NCBI GenBank assembly: GCA_030390025.1
Contig: CM059432.1
Span: 139,688,001 to 139,752,000 of the forward strand
Direction of reading: 5' to 3'
Origin: Squalus acanthias
Lineage: Eukaryota
Length of the DNA stretch: 64,000 nt
In this document: positions 1-12,888 of the stretch, piece after piece
Layout of the letters: every line of letters starts with the position of its first letter
How positions within the stretch are numbered: position 1 is the stretch's first letter
The notes under the pieces: model-generated
Database searches by the model: none
What the model saw: only the letters and a program-made list of their open reading frames with translations
Told to the model about the DNA's origin: nothing
Position numbers and translations under genes: made by a program

Positions 1-473
1 AGAATGCAAAAAAAAAAAACCAAAACAGCTCAACTGTTTGATGCTTTTTCTTGGTGTGTTCAAATTCACGTGTACATAAGCATTAAGGAAAATTATCTAC
101 AGAAAAAAAATCTGATCAGGATATGGGAGCAGTGGCTTGACACCGAGTCTGATTGCAATACATTTACAGCCAGCCATTTCAGTTTGGGACGCAGAAACCC
201 TTGTGATAGCGTCTGAATAACAGTCGTGTTCAAACTGGATTAAAACATATGCACAGGTGGGAGACGTTCTGAATGATATGCCATACTGTCAAGATAAAAC
301 CAATGGCATCATATATTTAACTGCATAGTGAGAATTTCCAGTTAGTAGACTTGTGACAGACCAAACATAAAACACATCAATGATAGCTTTTCTTATAATT
401 ACTATTCCACATCATGGCTGTGCTTCCAATAGCTTGTGCGCTATTCCAAATTGAAACCACCAGTGCAGATTAC

Positions 474-626
474 CTCACTCTCTGTTCTACAAGTTTCTGT
501 TCCTCCTCAAGCAGGATCTTTCTCCTCTGCTCCTCAGCTTCCTGGAGTAGCTCCTGTTGCCGGTACCAGGCTGCATTCTCAGCCTGCCTCTTGACATTTT
601 CAGCCTGCAGTCCACATGCCAACTGC
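474..626 (-). CDS. TBC1D31: TBC1D31 exon 15 (coiled coil); gene continues beyond the window
   Basis: cag|..QLACGLQAENVKRQAENAAWYRQQELLQEAEEQRRKILLEEEQKLVEQRV(R)|gtaatc; 153 nt. Confidence 0.92.
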
Positions 627-750
627 CTGAACAGACCACGAGAGCAAAAATAAATGAGTATGCTAGGATACTTTGATGTTTTCACTGGACCTTTAGCAGA
701 AGGACTCATGACTAAGTGATTATGCAAAAATGAGCGCTCATCCATATATA

Positions 751-1187
751 GGATCAGGAGGAGGCCATTCAGCCCCTCGAGCCTGTTCCGGCATTCAGTT
801 AGATCATGGCTGATCTGTATCTTAACTCCATCTACCCGCCTTCAATATCCTTGCCTGACAAAAATCTATCAATCTCAGTTTTGAAATTTTCAATTGACCC
901 CCAGCCTCAACAGCTTTTTGGGCGCGAGAGAGTTCCAGATTTCCACTGCCCTTTGTGTGAAGAAGTGCTTCCTGACATCACCCCGGAATGGCCTCGCTCT
1001 AATTTTAAGGTTATGCTTCCTTGTTCTGGACTCCCCCAGCAGAAGAAACAGTTTCTGTCTACCCTATCCAATCCTTTAACCATCTTAAACACCTCAATTA
1101 GATCACCCCTTAATCTTCTATACTCAAGAGAATACCAGTCTAGTCTATGCAGCCTGTCCTCGTAATTTAACCCTCTAAGCTCCGGCA
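751..1187 (-). mobile_element. CR1 LINE 3' fragment
   Basis: ORF 907..1188 YEDRL..SLEYRRLRGDLIEVFK (CR1 ORF2 C-terminus) plus CR1 3' tail. Confidence 0.9.
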
Positions 1188-1661
1188 TATGGAACCCTGC
1201 TGTGCCTTAGAGCAAGGTAAACTGCTCATTATTTTAGGTCACTATAATCAGAGGATGGGGGAGTCCAGAACAAGGGGGCATAACCTTAAAATTAGAGCTA
1301 GGTCATTCAGGGGGATGTCAGGAACCACGTCTTCACACAAAGGGCAGTGGAATTCTGGAAATCTCCCCCAAAACCCTGTCTTAAGCAAGTATTCTTGCAT
1401 GTCCATCATATCCTTAAAAAAAAAACTGTGAATAAATTTAATTTGGATGAATTCCTGAGGATGCATCTACACTACAACTGTAGCATCAATGCAAAATAGT
1501 TTCACTTTGCATCAATGCTGCAGTTAGAGCATCAATGCAGCCTGAATGCAGAGACAGGGTCCAACCTGAGTTGGAGTAGCAAGTTTAACTGGAGGACGGA
1601 GTCTCAAGCCATCTCAAAATCAGTTCAGGCAGTAACCCCTAAACACTACACAAGTTTAGCA

Positions 1662-1915
1662 CAAAAGAAAAATACTGCAGCTGCTGGAAATCTGAAATAA
1701 AAACAGAAAATGCTGGAAATACGCAGCAGGTCAGGCAGCATCTGTGGAGAGAGAAAGAGAGTTAACGTTTCAGGTCCATGACCTTTTGTCAGAACTGGAA
1801 AAAGTTAAGGATGCAACAGGTTTTAAGCAAGTACGGAGGCTGGGAAAGAACAAAAGGGAAGGTCTGTGATAGGGTGGAAGGCAGGAGAGATAAAATGACA
1901 AAAGGGATGATGGTG
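1662..1915 (-). mobile_element. Penelope-like element fragment with degenerate hammerhead motif
   Basis: 11-bp TSD CAAGTTTAGCA (1651-1661 and 1916-1926); homologous to 41060-41320 and 50862-50927. Confidence 0.7.
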
Positions 1916-2086
1916 CAAGTTTAGCATCCATGTGAAGCTGAAATCATTTTTGCACCAACGCTATATTTGTAGTGGAAACGTGCTATGACGCTAGTATCTA
2001 GTTATGCATCTGTAATTACACTGCACAAAAGAAAAAGAAGTGGGAAAACAAAATTCTCTTCTTTTAAACTTCATTTTCATGTTTAC

Positions 2087-2319
2087 CTTTCTTTTAAATA
2101 TTCCAACTCCTCATGCCAGATCCTCTCTCGTTCTTGAGTCTGGTAGTCAACAATAAACTTTGGGTATTTGTTAAATATTGGATACTGCCCCTTGGTTAAT
2201 GGTTCAAAGTCATCCAACATACGCTTGGGATGGATATCCTCAGGCGTGGTATCCATGAGATGGTATGCTTCTTTAATTACTGCACTTAGGTCCAAGTTGT
2301 TGCGGTGGTGGAAGAAATG
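2087..2319 (-). CDS. TBC1D31: TBC1D31 exon 14
   Basis: tag|HFFHHRNNLDLSAVIKEAYHLMDTTPEDIHP..YPKFIVDYQTQERERIWHEELEYLKE(R)|gtaaac; 233 nt. Confidence 0.95.
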
Positions 2320-3594
2320 CTATGGCAGATAAAAGATTGTTTGAATTTTCCACATAATGTATGAAACTTGCAGCAGTTCCTCTCTCTCCCCGCTCCCAAA
2401 CACTTGTCATACACACTTGTCATACACAATCATATTAAATAGGATTATAATACAAGCTCTTTTGAAAAGGAAACATTACTTCGTAATAATTTTAAAATCA
2501 TAATGACAGCACTTCAGGTTCATTAACAGCGAAATACAGATCTTCTTCATTTTTGCTTTAGGTGAAATTTGTGCGTTCAATAAGGTGTGGCATATCAGTG
2601 CTCAAACAGTTCCACATCCCACCACAATTCCTCTTTCCATTTTCCTCTCTCAGAACATCTGCTGGGGCTGCACTCTTGGGATCAAATAGATGCCAGCTGA
2701 TTCTCTACTCTGTCTCTACACGACTTGTCTTCAACTGCTGCTATTTCTAGATCCCAGTGGCAATGCTAATGTGACATATGAATTCTATGTGGTTCAATTA
2801 TGAACAATATGAAGAGAATCTGTAGAACCATTCAACATACTCTTATGCTCTCACATGTATCGTTGCTTAAGGGACTGATTGGTACCCAAGTACTTTTCGT
2901 AATTGAAAAAAATTGCCAGCACTATCAGCAGGGGTATAGTAACAACAATAAGGGAGCATTCAATGGAATACCAAACCTGCTTGCCTCAGTTTGTAGTAGC
3001 TTCTTAAGGGGTCTATTACAGAATGGTCCGCCACCTCCACATTTCTCAGGATAACTGGAACATTTTCCAGCATGTAAAGGCTGCATAGATGCCATTCCTA
3101 AACAATATAGCTGGTTCAATGTCAAACGATATGCCTACAGCTCAGTCAGAATATTAATAGGTAGCAAAATTTAATTTTCCCACAACCAAAATACTCCCTT
3201 TACCATCATGCCAACCTTTCCCGCTTTGCAGGAAAGTTCCAAGAATAAGATACTGTATTGTGATATTAATTAATCTATATTCTGCAGGTTCACATAGTTA
3301 GAAAGATCTGCGAAATAAACCAAAAATATTAAGAGATAAATAAATGATAAAGTAAGTGTTTTGCCCATTCTGTTAAAAAACGATGCAATGCTTAAACAGT
3401 TAAGGCAGACTGTAGCCTTTTATTTAAAAACTAAATTAAATATTTTTTGCTGCTTATTAATTAGAAAAAAACATTTTAGCACAGCACTTTGATAAAATAA
3501 TTAAAGCTCTGTTCATGGAAATGTTATCAACAGCAACAGGGAGTGATTTGGAGGAGAGAGAGAGAGAGAGAGAGACTTGTCACCTTTAAACGTC

Positions 3595-3784
3595 ATTCGT
3601 GGCTCAGTGGCAGCCTCTTGGCTAAGCCAGAAGGTTGTGGGTTCAAGCCCCACTCCAGACCCCTGAGCACATAATCTAGTCTGACACTTCAGTGCAGTAT
3701 TGAATTGTTAAAGCTGCCGCGTCTCAGATGGAAAATTAGACTGAGGTCCCGTCTGCCCGCTCAGGTGGATGTAAAAGATCCCAT
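3595..3784 (+). mobile_element. DeuSINE-type tRNA SINE, 5' part
   Basis: A-box GTGGCTCAGTGG, B-box GGTTCAAGCCC and start of the Deu-like domain. Confidence 0.8.
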
Positions 3785-3786
3785 TA

Positions 3787-4190
3787 GAACAAACAAACTT
3801 GCATTTATATAGCGCCTTTAACAACCTCAGGAAGTACCAAACCACTTCACAGCCAATGAGGTAATTTTGAAGCGTAACCACTATTGCAATGTACGGAAAT
3901 GCAGCAGCCAATTTGCGCACAGCAAGCTCCAACTAACAGCAATGAAATAAATGATAATGAAAATGTTTTTGGTAGTGTTGGTTGAGAGGTAAATATTGGC
4001 CAGGACACGGGGAGAACTCCCATTGTTCTTTTTCGAATAGTGGCATGGGATCTTTTACGTTCATCCGAGAGGGCAGACGGGGCCTCGGTTTAATGCCTCA
4101 TCTGAAAGACGGCACCTCAGACAGTGCAACGCACCTTCAGGACTGCACTGAAGAGTCTGCTGAGATAATGTGCTCACGTCTTTGGCCTTG
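3787..4190 (-). mobile_element. DeuSINE-type SINE
   Basis: Homologous to 18915-19355 and 24375-24837; L2-like tail. Confidence 0.85.
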
Positions 4191-5830
4191 AACTCTTCTT
4201 AGCTAGAATAGTCAATGGGTGTGATATTAAAGGATCCCATGGCACTATTCATAAGCACATAAGAAATAGGAGCAGGAGTAGGCCATTCGGTCCCTCTTGG
4301 CCTACTCCGCCATTCAATAAGATCATGGCTGATCTTCTACCTCAACTCCACTTTCCTGTACTATCCCCATATCCCTTGATTCTCTTAATATCCAAAAAAT
4401 CTATTGATCTCTGTCTTGAATATACTCAACGACTGAGCCTCCACAGCCCTCTGGCGTAGAGAATTCCAAAGATTCACCACCCTCTGAGTGAAGAAATTTC
4501 TCCTCACTTCAGTCCTAAATGGCCGACCCCTTATTCTGAGACTGTGACCCCTGGTTCTAGACTCCCCAGCCAGGGGAAACATCCTCCCTGCATCTACCCG
4601 GTCAGAATTTTGTATGTTTCAATGAGATCACCTCTCATTCTTCTAAACTCTAGAGAATATAGGCCAAGTCTACTCAATCTCTCCTCATAGGACAATCCCC
4701 CCATCCCAGGAACCAGTCTGGTGAACCTTCATTGCACTCCCTCTATGGCAAGTATATCCTTCCTTAGGTAAGGAGACCAAAACTGTACACAATACTCCAG
4801 GTGTGGTCTCACCAGGGCCCTATATGATTGCAGTAAGACATCTTTACTCTTATACTCAAATCCTCTTGTAATAAAGGCCAATTTCTGAATTGCTTGCAGT
4901 ACCTGCATGTTAACTTTCAGTGATTCATGTACGAGGACACCCAGGTCCCTCTGAACACCAACATTTCCCATTCTCTTACCATTTAAAAAATACTCTGCTT
5001 TTCTATTTTTTCTACCAAAGTGGATAACTTCACATTTCTCCACATTATATTCTCCTCATCCAAATCATTGATGTAGATTGTGAATAGCTGAGGCCCAAGC
5101 ACTGATCCTTGCAGTACCCCACTAGTTACAGCCTGCTAACCCGAAAATGACCCATTTATTCCTACTCTCTGTTTTCTGTCCGTTAACCAATCCTCAATTC
5201 ATGCGAGTATATTATCCCCAATCCCATGAGCCCTAATTTTGTTTAATAACCTCTTGTGTGGCACCTTATCGAATGCCTTCTGAAAATCCAAATACATCAC
5301 ATCCACTGGTTCCCCCTTATCTATTCTGCTAGTTACAACCTCAAAAAACTCTAACAGATTTGTCAAACACGATTTCCCTTTCATAAAAATGCGTGTTGAC
5401 TCTGCCCAATCCTATTATTATTTTCTAAGTGCCCTGTTCTTAATAATAAGTTAATAATAATAAGTACCACGTCCTTAATAATGGATTCTAGCATTTTCCC
5501 TACTATTGATGTCAGGCTAACTGGTCTGTAGTTCCCCGTTTTCTTTCTCCCTCCTTTCTTAAATAGTGGGGTTACATTTGCTACCTTCCAATCCACGGGA
5601 ACCATTCTAGAATCTATGGAATTTTGGAAGATGACAACTAATGCATCCACTATCTCTATAGCCACCTCTTTCAAAACCCTATTTATCGGCTTTCAGTCCC
5701 AATAATTTCTCCAGTACAATTTTTTTTACTAATACTAATTTCTTTCAGTTCCTCATTCTCGCTAGACCCTTGGTTCTCCACTATTTCCGGGAGGTTTTTT
5801 TGCGTCTTCTTCCGTGAAGACAGACACAAA

Positions 5831-6920
5831 GGGCTGGATTTTACTCACCGAGATGCGTTGGGGGCGGGACTGCTGCCTTCCGGGTTCTAGTCCCGCCCCC
5901 AGCGACGTCTGACGAACAAACGCTATTTTCACAGAATCCCCACAGTGCAGATAGAGGCCATTTCGGCCCATCGAGCCTGCACCGACACATATCCCACCCT
6001 GTCCCCGTAACCCCACGTATTTAATCCCCCCTAACACTAAGGGTCAATTTATCATAGCCAAATCAACCTAACCCGCACATCTTTGGACTGTGGGAGGAAA
6101 CCGGAGCACCCGGAGGAAACCCACGCAGACACGGGGAGAATGTGCAAACTCCACACAGACAGTCACCCTGATTGGCCTTGTTAAGCCCGCCCTGTGGGCT
6201 TGCTGGCCAATTAAGGGAAAGCCGGTGTCAGATGATGTCATTTGATGATGCTTCATCTGCCGGTTTTCTTAAAGACATAGGCACCACATTTGTTTGACAG
6301 ATGATTTGACAGTGTTTGACAGCATTGAGGTGCTGTCAAACACTGACAATCACTGTCCAAAGGTGAGCCCTTGCAACCAGGCTCTCCAATTACTCTCTCT
6401 TTAGGATAAAACAGATGGCAGCTGCAGCCGAGATTGCAGAAGCCATCTGTCACTTCTCCCGATGAGATGAGGCTACACAAACACTTCACAGCTTGTCACC
6501 TGCAGAAACATCTAACCACATTAAAAATTACTTTCACAACATGTCCTTACCTCTGAAACTAACCAGTGTCCCATTGCATCCTTCACACCACCTCTGCAGC
6601 TGTCATCCAAACATCAACATAACAACAGACCCACAGCACGCCTCACTTACCCTGGCGGGGTTCCCCGACGTCAGGAGCCCACAGCAGCAGTCGAAAAATT
6701 GGAAAAAGCCTCTTAGCTGCCTGTTAACAGGCAGTTAAGTGGCTATAATCCTCTTCCCGCCGCTAGGAGTCGGGTCCCTGCGCAAATCGGGGACCCGACT
6801 CCCAGGAAGATTGTTTGGAGGCGGGTTGGGAGCGGGTTTGGGACCCGCTCCCATTTTTGAGGATTTTCCCAGCAGTCCCGCCTCCAAACCCGCTTCCTCA
6901 GGGCTAGTAAAATCCAGCCC
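5831..6920. mobile_element. PIF/Harbinger-type non-autonomous element inserted in CR1
   Basis: TIR GGGCTGGATTTTACT / AGTAAAATCCAGCCC; 3-bp TSD AAA; CR1 sequence resumes across it. Confidence 0.85.
5929..6168 (-). mobile_element. HE1/V-SINE, 5'-truncated, nested in the Harbinger MITE
   Basis: V-domain TGTGTGGAGTTTGCACATTCTCCCCGTGTCTGCGTGGGTTTCCTCCGGGTGCTCCGG on the minus strand. Confidence 0.85.
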
Positions 6921-8215
6921 AAAGTATTTGTTTAATTTCTCTGCCATTTCCTTATTCCCCATTATAATTTCTCCTGTCTCAGCCTGAAAGGGACCCACAT
7001 TTACTTTCGCTAATCTTTTCCTTTTTACATACCTATAGAAGCTTTTACAGTTTGTTTTTATGTCTCTCGCTAGTTTACTCTCACATTCTATTTTCCCTTT
7101 CTTTAGCAATTTCTTGGTCCTCCTTTGCTGAATTCTAAAATCCTCAGGCTTACTACTCTTTTTGGCAACATTATAAGCCTCTTCCTTTGATCTAATACTA
7201 TCTTTAACTTCTCTTGTTAGCCACGGGGTTGGACCATTTTCCATGTGGGGTTTTTGTGCCTTAAAGGAATGTATATTTGTTGGAAATTATGCATTAATTC
7301 TTTAAATGCTAGCCATTGCTTGTCTACCATCATATCTTTTAATGTAGTTTCCCAATCTACCTTAGCCAACCCGCCCCTCATACCTACGTATTTTGCTTTG
7401 TTTAGATTTAAGACCCTAGTTTCTGATTTAACTAAATCACTTTCAAACTTAATATAAAATTCTATGGTCACTCTTCCCTAAAGGCCCCTTTACTGCAACG
7501 TTATTAATTAACCCTTTTGCATTGCACAATACTAGATCTAAAATAGCCTGTTCCCTAGTTGGTTCCTCAATATACTGATCTGGAAAACTATCTTGTATAC
7601 ATTCCATGAATTCGTCCTCCACACTATTACTGCAAATTTGGCTTCCCATGTCTATATGTAGATTAAAGTACCCCATGATTACTGTATTACCCTTGTTACA
7701 TGCGCTTCTAATTTCCTGATTTATACTCTGCCCTACATTACAACTACTGTTTGGGGGCCTATAAACAACTCCCACCAATGTTTTCTGCCCCTTGTTGTTT
7801 TTTAGCTCCACCCAAACTGATTCTACTTCTTGGTTTTCAGAGCTAAGATCCTTTCTCTCTGTTGTCTTTATCCCATCCTTTATCAGGGCTACCCCTCCTC
7901 CTTTTCCATTTTGCCTATCTCTTCTAAAAGTTAAGTATCCTGAAATATTTAGTTCCCAACCTTGGTCACTTTGCAACAACGTCTCTGTAATGGCTATTAG
8001 ATCAAACCTATTAATTTCTAGCTGCGCTATTAATTCATCTATTTTGTTGTGAATACTTCGCGCAGATATAGTGCCTTCAGCTTTGACTTTTTTCTATTTT
8101 TCCCTGATGTCACCTTAGTCACTGATGCCCTATTACCTTGTTACTCTCTCTATCCCTTCCTGACCCACTCTGCTTATTTTTTCCCAAAACTCTGCTCTGC
8201 TCCAGAGCCTTGACA

Positions 8216-8465
8216 TTTCAAAGAAGAGATGGGGAATTCTCCTGGTGTCCGAACCAAAATTTATCCCTCAACCAACATTACTAAAACAGATTATCTGGTC
8301 ATTATCTCATTGCTGTTTGTGGGAGCTTGCTGTTCACAAATTGGCTGCCATGTTTCCTACATTACAACAGTGATTACACTTTAAAAAGTAATTAATTGGC
8401 TGTGAAGTGCTTTTAGATGTCCTGGTCATAAAATGCGCTAGACAAATGCAAGTTCTTTCTTCTTT
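8216..8465 (+). mobile_element. DeuSINE 3' half, split from 4230-4250 by the CR1 insertion
   Basis: Continues GGCACTATT|TCAAAGAAGAG as in the intact copy 28672-29125. Confidence 0.75.
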
Positions 8466-9278
8466 TCATTCTGAAGTCATGCAACCAATAGGTATTGAAA
8501 ACTTTAATGCACCAAATCTGTAGGACTTCATATTTTTTTACTATAGGAATTCTGTGACATACTGATATTAGTACCAACACAAACTCAAGATGCAAGCTAC
8601 AATCTCACATCAACTAAAGGGAAACACTTAAAAACAAAAACAAACAACATTCTGGCATTGGATAACCAGACTCTTGGGCTATTGAAGAATACAGCTCAAT
8701 TTCCCACTTTTCGGAGCTTCTGAAACTATTTATGCCAGAGGACAGGCATCTCCGTTGGGGGTGGAGGTGTGATAGAAAGGTGACAGAAAAATCTGAGCAT
8801 CTCTATTTGGTACTTGGTTGAGAATTGTACTGGCAGCAGCCGGGGACCAAGCCACTTGGCTAGCGACTGTCACTTCAGGATTTTTTTTGTGACCATTTTT
8901 CCCCACAGACAGGATTTGGGAAAAGAGTTGCTTTTAAACTTTGGGGTTTTAAAGCATATTGTATTCACATAAGTTAAAAAAGGGATCCAAGGTAGTTATG
9001 ATGCTAGTGAGCTATCTTAGATGGTGTTTTCCCATAGACGGTTAGCAATTTGTTAGCCTGTTTCAGCAATCAATAAGCACTTCACACCCATTGCGCTGGA
9101 TAGTCTCTGATCCCTTTCTGGTTGTGAACAGGAAATGAAACACTGATGCAGAGGGGGTAATTTTAACTTAACTCGCCAGGGGAGAGTTGATGTTCGGCTC
9201 GGACACCATGCCCTATTTTACTCTTCATTGACTTCAAAGGAGCGCAAAATCGGGTAGTGTGCAAAATGAACACACCAT

Positions 9279-10175
9279 GGGGGAAAATTCAGTTGGTTTG
9301 CGCCTCCCGTTAGCACCTTAAGAGGGCGCTAATGGGGCGCAAAGCAACTCGCGCCCGTGCGCGGCGATGTTTGCGCCGCTCACAAAATTAACTAGACATT
9401 TTGCGGTGGCGCTAAACAGTACCACCACGATCTCCTGCGCCGGCAGATCGTGACGTCAGTCGAGTGTGCAACGCCCCGGTAGCGCCCCGGACCGGATATT
9501 GAGTGGTGCCCCCTGCCTTACTGCCAGCCGCTAGCAACGATAGGTTGAGGGGAGCGTTTTGCAGTCAGGAAGGGACTGGGGGAGCGCTATTTAAAGGCGA
9601 CCGCTTCCTGACTTTTTTTGTTGGTGACATATTTGCACCACGCATTCTGAGAGAGAGAGAGAGAGAGAGAGACACTTCTGGAGAGATTCAACGCTGTGTG
9701 AAGGAGTTTTGGGTACTGAGCAGCACTTTGCAGGTTCATTTTGATTTGCCCTTCCTTGTATCGATTTAGAAGAGACTGTGGGGGCTGCACTCTGAGCTCT
9801 TTCCCTGGGCCTCTCCATTGTTCTTTCCAGCAGATTTGATGTACAGGTCTCTCCAGGCCGAGATTCAAGGCTGCAATGAGCAGGATGTGGATGGAGTGCA
9901 AGATCAACCCTCCCCTTTAAGAACTGGCCGGCGCCATTGTGTCTGTGTTCCATTGCTGACTGACATCACATGAGCTTCGCCAGCGCCGAGGTAGCGCCTC
10001 GCTCCTCGGCCTTTGCGCCTTGAGAGGTGTGTAGCGCCTGATTTAGCTCTCCAATCAACTCCAGGGGCGATAAAAGCCAAGTTTGCAGTTGGAGGCGATA
10101 ATTAGCGCTAGGCGCTAATCTTTGCGCACGGCCGATAATCGCGCCCCAAACGGGGCGATACTGAATTTTCCCCCC
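9279..10175. mobile_element. Harbinger-like MITE nested in an older MITE (~9153-10217)
   Basis: TIR GGGGGAAAATTCAGT / ACTGAATTTTCCCCC; TSD (C)CAT; CpG-rich interior. Confidence 0.7.
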
Positions 10176-10732
10176 CATATTCCTTCCTGCTGGGTGGGTT
10201 AGATCGAAATTACTCTCAGAGACACATGCAGGATTTTTTCGAAACAGAAAGCACTGAGGCAGGCAGTTATGCCCAGCGAGGACTGCGTGAAGGTTAAAAT
10301 GAAAGGTGTAGTTACAAGTTATTTTGTTGAAGTCAAGCAATATGACCCAATGATGCAGTGAAGTGTAGCATCTGCATTATTTTGTACTGTTATTTAAAGA
10401 CAAGTTGTACCGATTGAAATAAGTGAATCTAATGGTGCGCTGTATATTCATGTGCTGTGAAGTAAACTAGCTAAAGAATTCACATCTGGCACCATCTCAC
10501 CAAGTATTTGCTTTCGGAGGGAGACACAAATTTGTGCGAAAGACACAAATACTTGGTTCAGACCACAAAGCGATACTATTCTTACACCACTGGGTTACGC
10601 TATCATACAGGTAGATATTGGGTAGTGAGTCTACTGTGGCATAAAGAGGCTTGGGATCCACTTACGGGAGTGACTGACATCACTGAACCAAAGAAGGCAT
10701 CAACAGTAGACCCTAAACGTGCAGTGACTTGT

Positions 10733-10843
10733 GAGAGAGGAATAAAAAGAGAGAGAAAAAAAAAGGGAGAAAGAGAGGAAAGGAGAAAGAAAGGAAAGGA
10801 GAAAGAGAGAAAAAGAAGAGAAAAAGGAAGAGAATGGAGGAAA
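10733..10843. repeat. Purine-rich (GA/GAAA) low-complexity tract
   Basis: About 110 bp of almost only A and G. Confidence 0.8.
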
Positions 10844-11035
10844 GCTGTGTGCCTCTATTGTAGGGTCACATTTCTTAACAAAAGACATACACTGCAGGAA
10901 AAAGAACAATGACGTGTTAATGAAACCACAAAATGTTATATTAAAAAATAAACTTACCACAAATAGTAAAGCTCAAGTTTATTACTTATGCCGTGCTCTA
11001 TAATTAACATTAATAACTAAAACTTTTTTTCTCAC

Positions 11036-11215
11036 CTCAAGGTCTTCTTTTATATTGCAATGGAGCAAAGGAGCTCGAGAACAAATTAAATAGGCCACTA
11101 CTGCCACCAACAGGAAGGACGGATGATTGGAGAAAATATTATCAAATAGTTTAAGCCACTCCTCTCTCGTCAGCACCTCTGAGAAGAGTGTTTCAATAAG
11201 TGGCCAGGCATATGT
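11036..11215 (-). CDS. TBC1D31: TBC1D31 exon 13 (TBC domain)
   Basis: cag|TYAWPLIETLFSEVLTREEWLKLFDNIFSNHPSFLL..KEDLE|gtgaga; 180 nt. Confidence 0.95.
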
Positions 11216-12185
11216 CTGCGGACAGAAACAAGATCATGATAGTAGTGCAGTGATGATAAGTTTCTCAGATTTAAAAAAAAAATCTGAATTGAAAAATTAT
11301 TAGCATTACTTAAAATAATCATAAAAATAGTTCATAAAATTTGTGATTCGAATGCATGTCAGAATGAAATACCTAGATTTTGCTCAGTTGGGACACAAGA
11401 CAGATTTCAGATTTTTTAGACCTCAATGACAATCAGCACAGTGCATTACAGATTACACCATTTACATCGACTTGTGGCATTAAAAATGAAGGCAACACTT
11501 TGGGACAAAGGTTGTACAATAACAAAAAAACAGATCATTGTATTTAGTACTGGGTCATGTAGTGAATTAATACACCATCCTTTCATCTTTGTAACTGGTG
11601 TTTGAACCTAATCTAGAATTATAGGATGAAAGCTCCCTCCTGACATCTATAAGGACACAGTGAAATAAATTTGGATAGCATCAACGCAGCTCCAACCTCA
11701 CTGTTAAAAAAAAAAAATGCTCAGCATTTAACACTAAATTGCTGCCCACTCTTGAGGCCATAGGATTGGCTGGAGTAGGAATATCATTCTGGTGCAATAG
11801 TAGGTTCTTCTGGGTTGTGGTTTAGGTACATTGTTGGGACAGAGTAAGGGAGTAATACTCCTGTGAAGCACCATCGGGACGTTTTACTACGTTAAAGGCG
11901 CTATATAAATACAAGTTGATGTTGTTGTTTCCCACATTACAACAGTGACTACGCTCCAAAAGTATTTCATTGATTGTAAAGCGCTTGGAGACGTCCGGTG
12001 GTCGTGAAAGGCGCTATATAAATGCAAGTCTTTCTTTCTTTCTTTTATTCTGCATTGAGATATGCTATGCCTGATTTAGGAATGCCCTACTCCCCATAAG
12101 TTTCTGTACAAAGTCACAGTGAAAGTATGAAGTCAAGATCTAAAGAGAATTTGGTAAAACAAGAGAATGCAGATTAGATAGTTAC

Positions 12186-12319
12186 CTGTGTGGTTACGTT
12201 GTATTTCACCAGGTGCTGAAGCAGTTCTTTGTCATGATGAGCCAGAATATTCTCAATCATGCTGAGAAGATTTATTGGAGGATTTGGAAAGTACTCAAAC
12301 CAGTGTTGACACCAGTTTA
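12186..12319 (-). CDS. TBC1D31: TBC1D31 exon 12 (TBC domain)
   Basis: tag|..NWCQHWFEYFPNPPINLLSMIENILAHHDKELLQHLVKYNVTTQ|gtaac; 134 nt. Confidence 0.95.
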
Positions 12320-12436
12320 CTAGAAAATAGGTAAAGTTGATAGATTATAACTACAGTAAATTTATCCTCAATAGTAAAAACAATTTTTTTTTTAGAAATC
12401 ACTTCACTAATCAAGACGTTGTCCAACTCTACTTAC

Positions 12437-12570
12437 TTATAACTGTAGCAACAACTTCGAACCCAATCAACTGGTTGTTTTGAAAGAGTTTTACAAATGG
12501 GAATGCTAGCAATGGAAGGTATGAGACCTCACCAAAGATGGTTGACCAGTGAGCCATGGCTGACAACACC
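12437..12570 (-). CDS. TBC1D31: TBC1D31 exon 11 (TBC domain)
   Basis: cag|..VLSAMAHWSTIFGEVSYLPLLAFPFVKLFQNNQLIGFEVVATVI..|gtaagt; 134 nt. Confidence 0.95.
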
Positions 12571-12888
12571 CTGAAGAACAAAACAGTCACACTATATTAC
12601 TAAAATAAGATTTCACTTTATTTCCCTTCCTATTAGATCTCTCTGCAATACGTGCAGTTCTCTGGCACGCAACCGGTCCTACTTTATCTTTTGCAAATGG
12701 ATCAAATGTCCTCCTAACTCAATTATAAAAATGATCACAGCAACTCAACATATACAGATAAGCGTTTCAAACTTTTCATTTTATAAAAAAAGGTTACTTT
12801 AAAAATTGGCTTTTTATTGCATTCAGCAATTAAAGGCAAAATCGAAACTGCTTGCAATACAAATGTAATTATCCCAATTTAAGTCTTA

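Larger units (their letters stand above)
4251..8215 (-). mobile_element. Long degenerate CR1 LINE (endonuclease and RT fragments)
   Basis: ORFs 7449..7979 (VVYRPP, AP endonuclease), 5381..5674 (NYRPVSLTS), 5199..5384 (YLDFQKAFDKVPH), 4729..5043, 4385..4582; frameshifted with an internal deletion. Confidence 0.95.
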
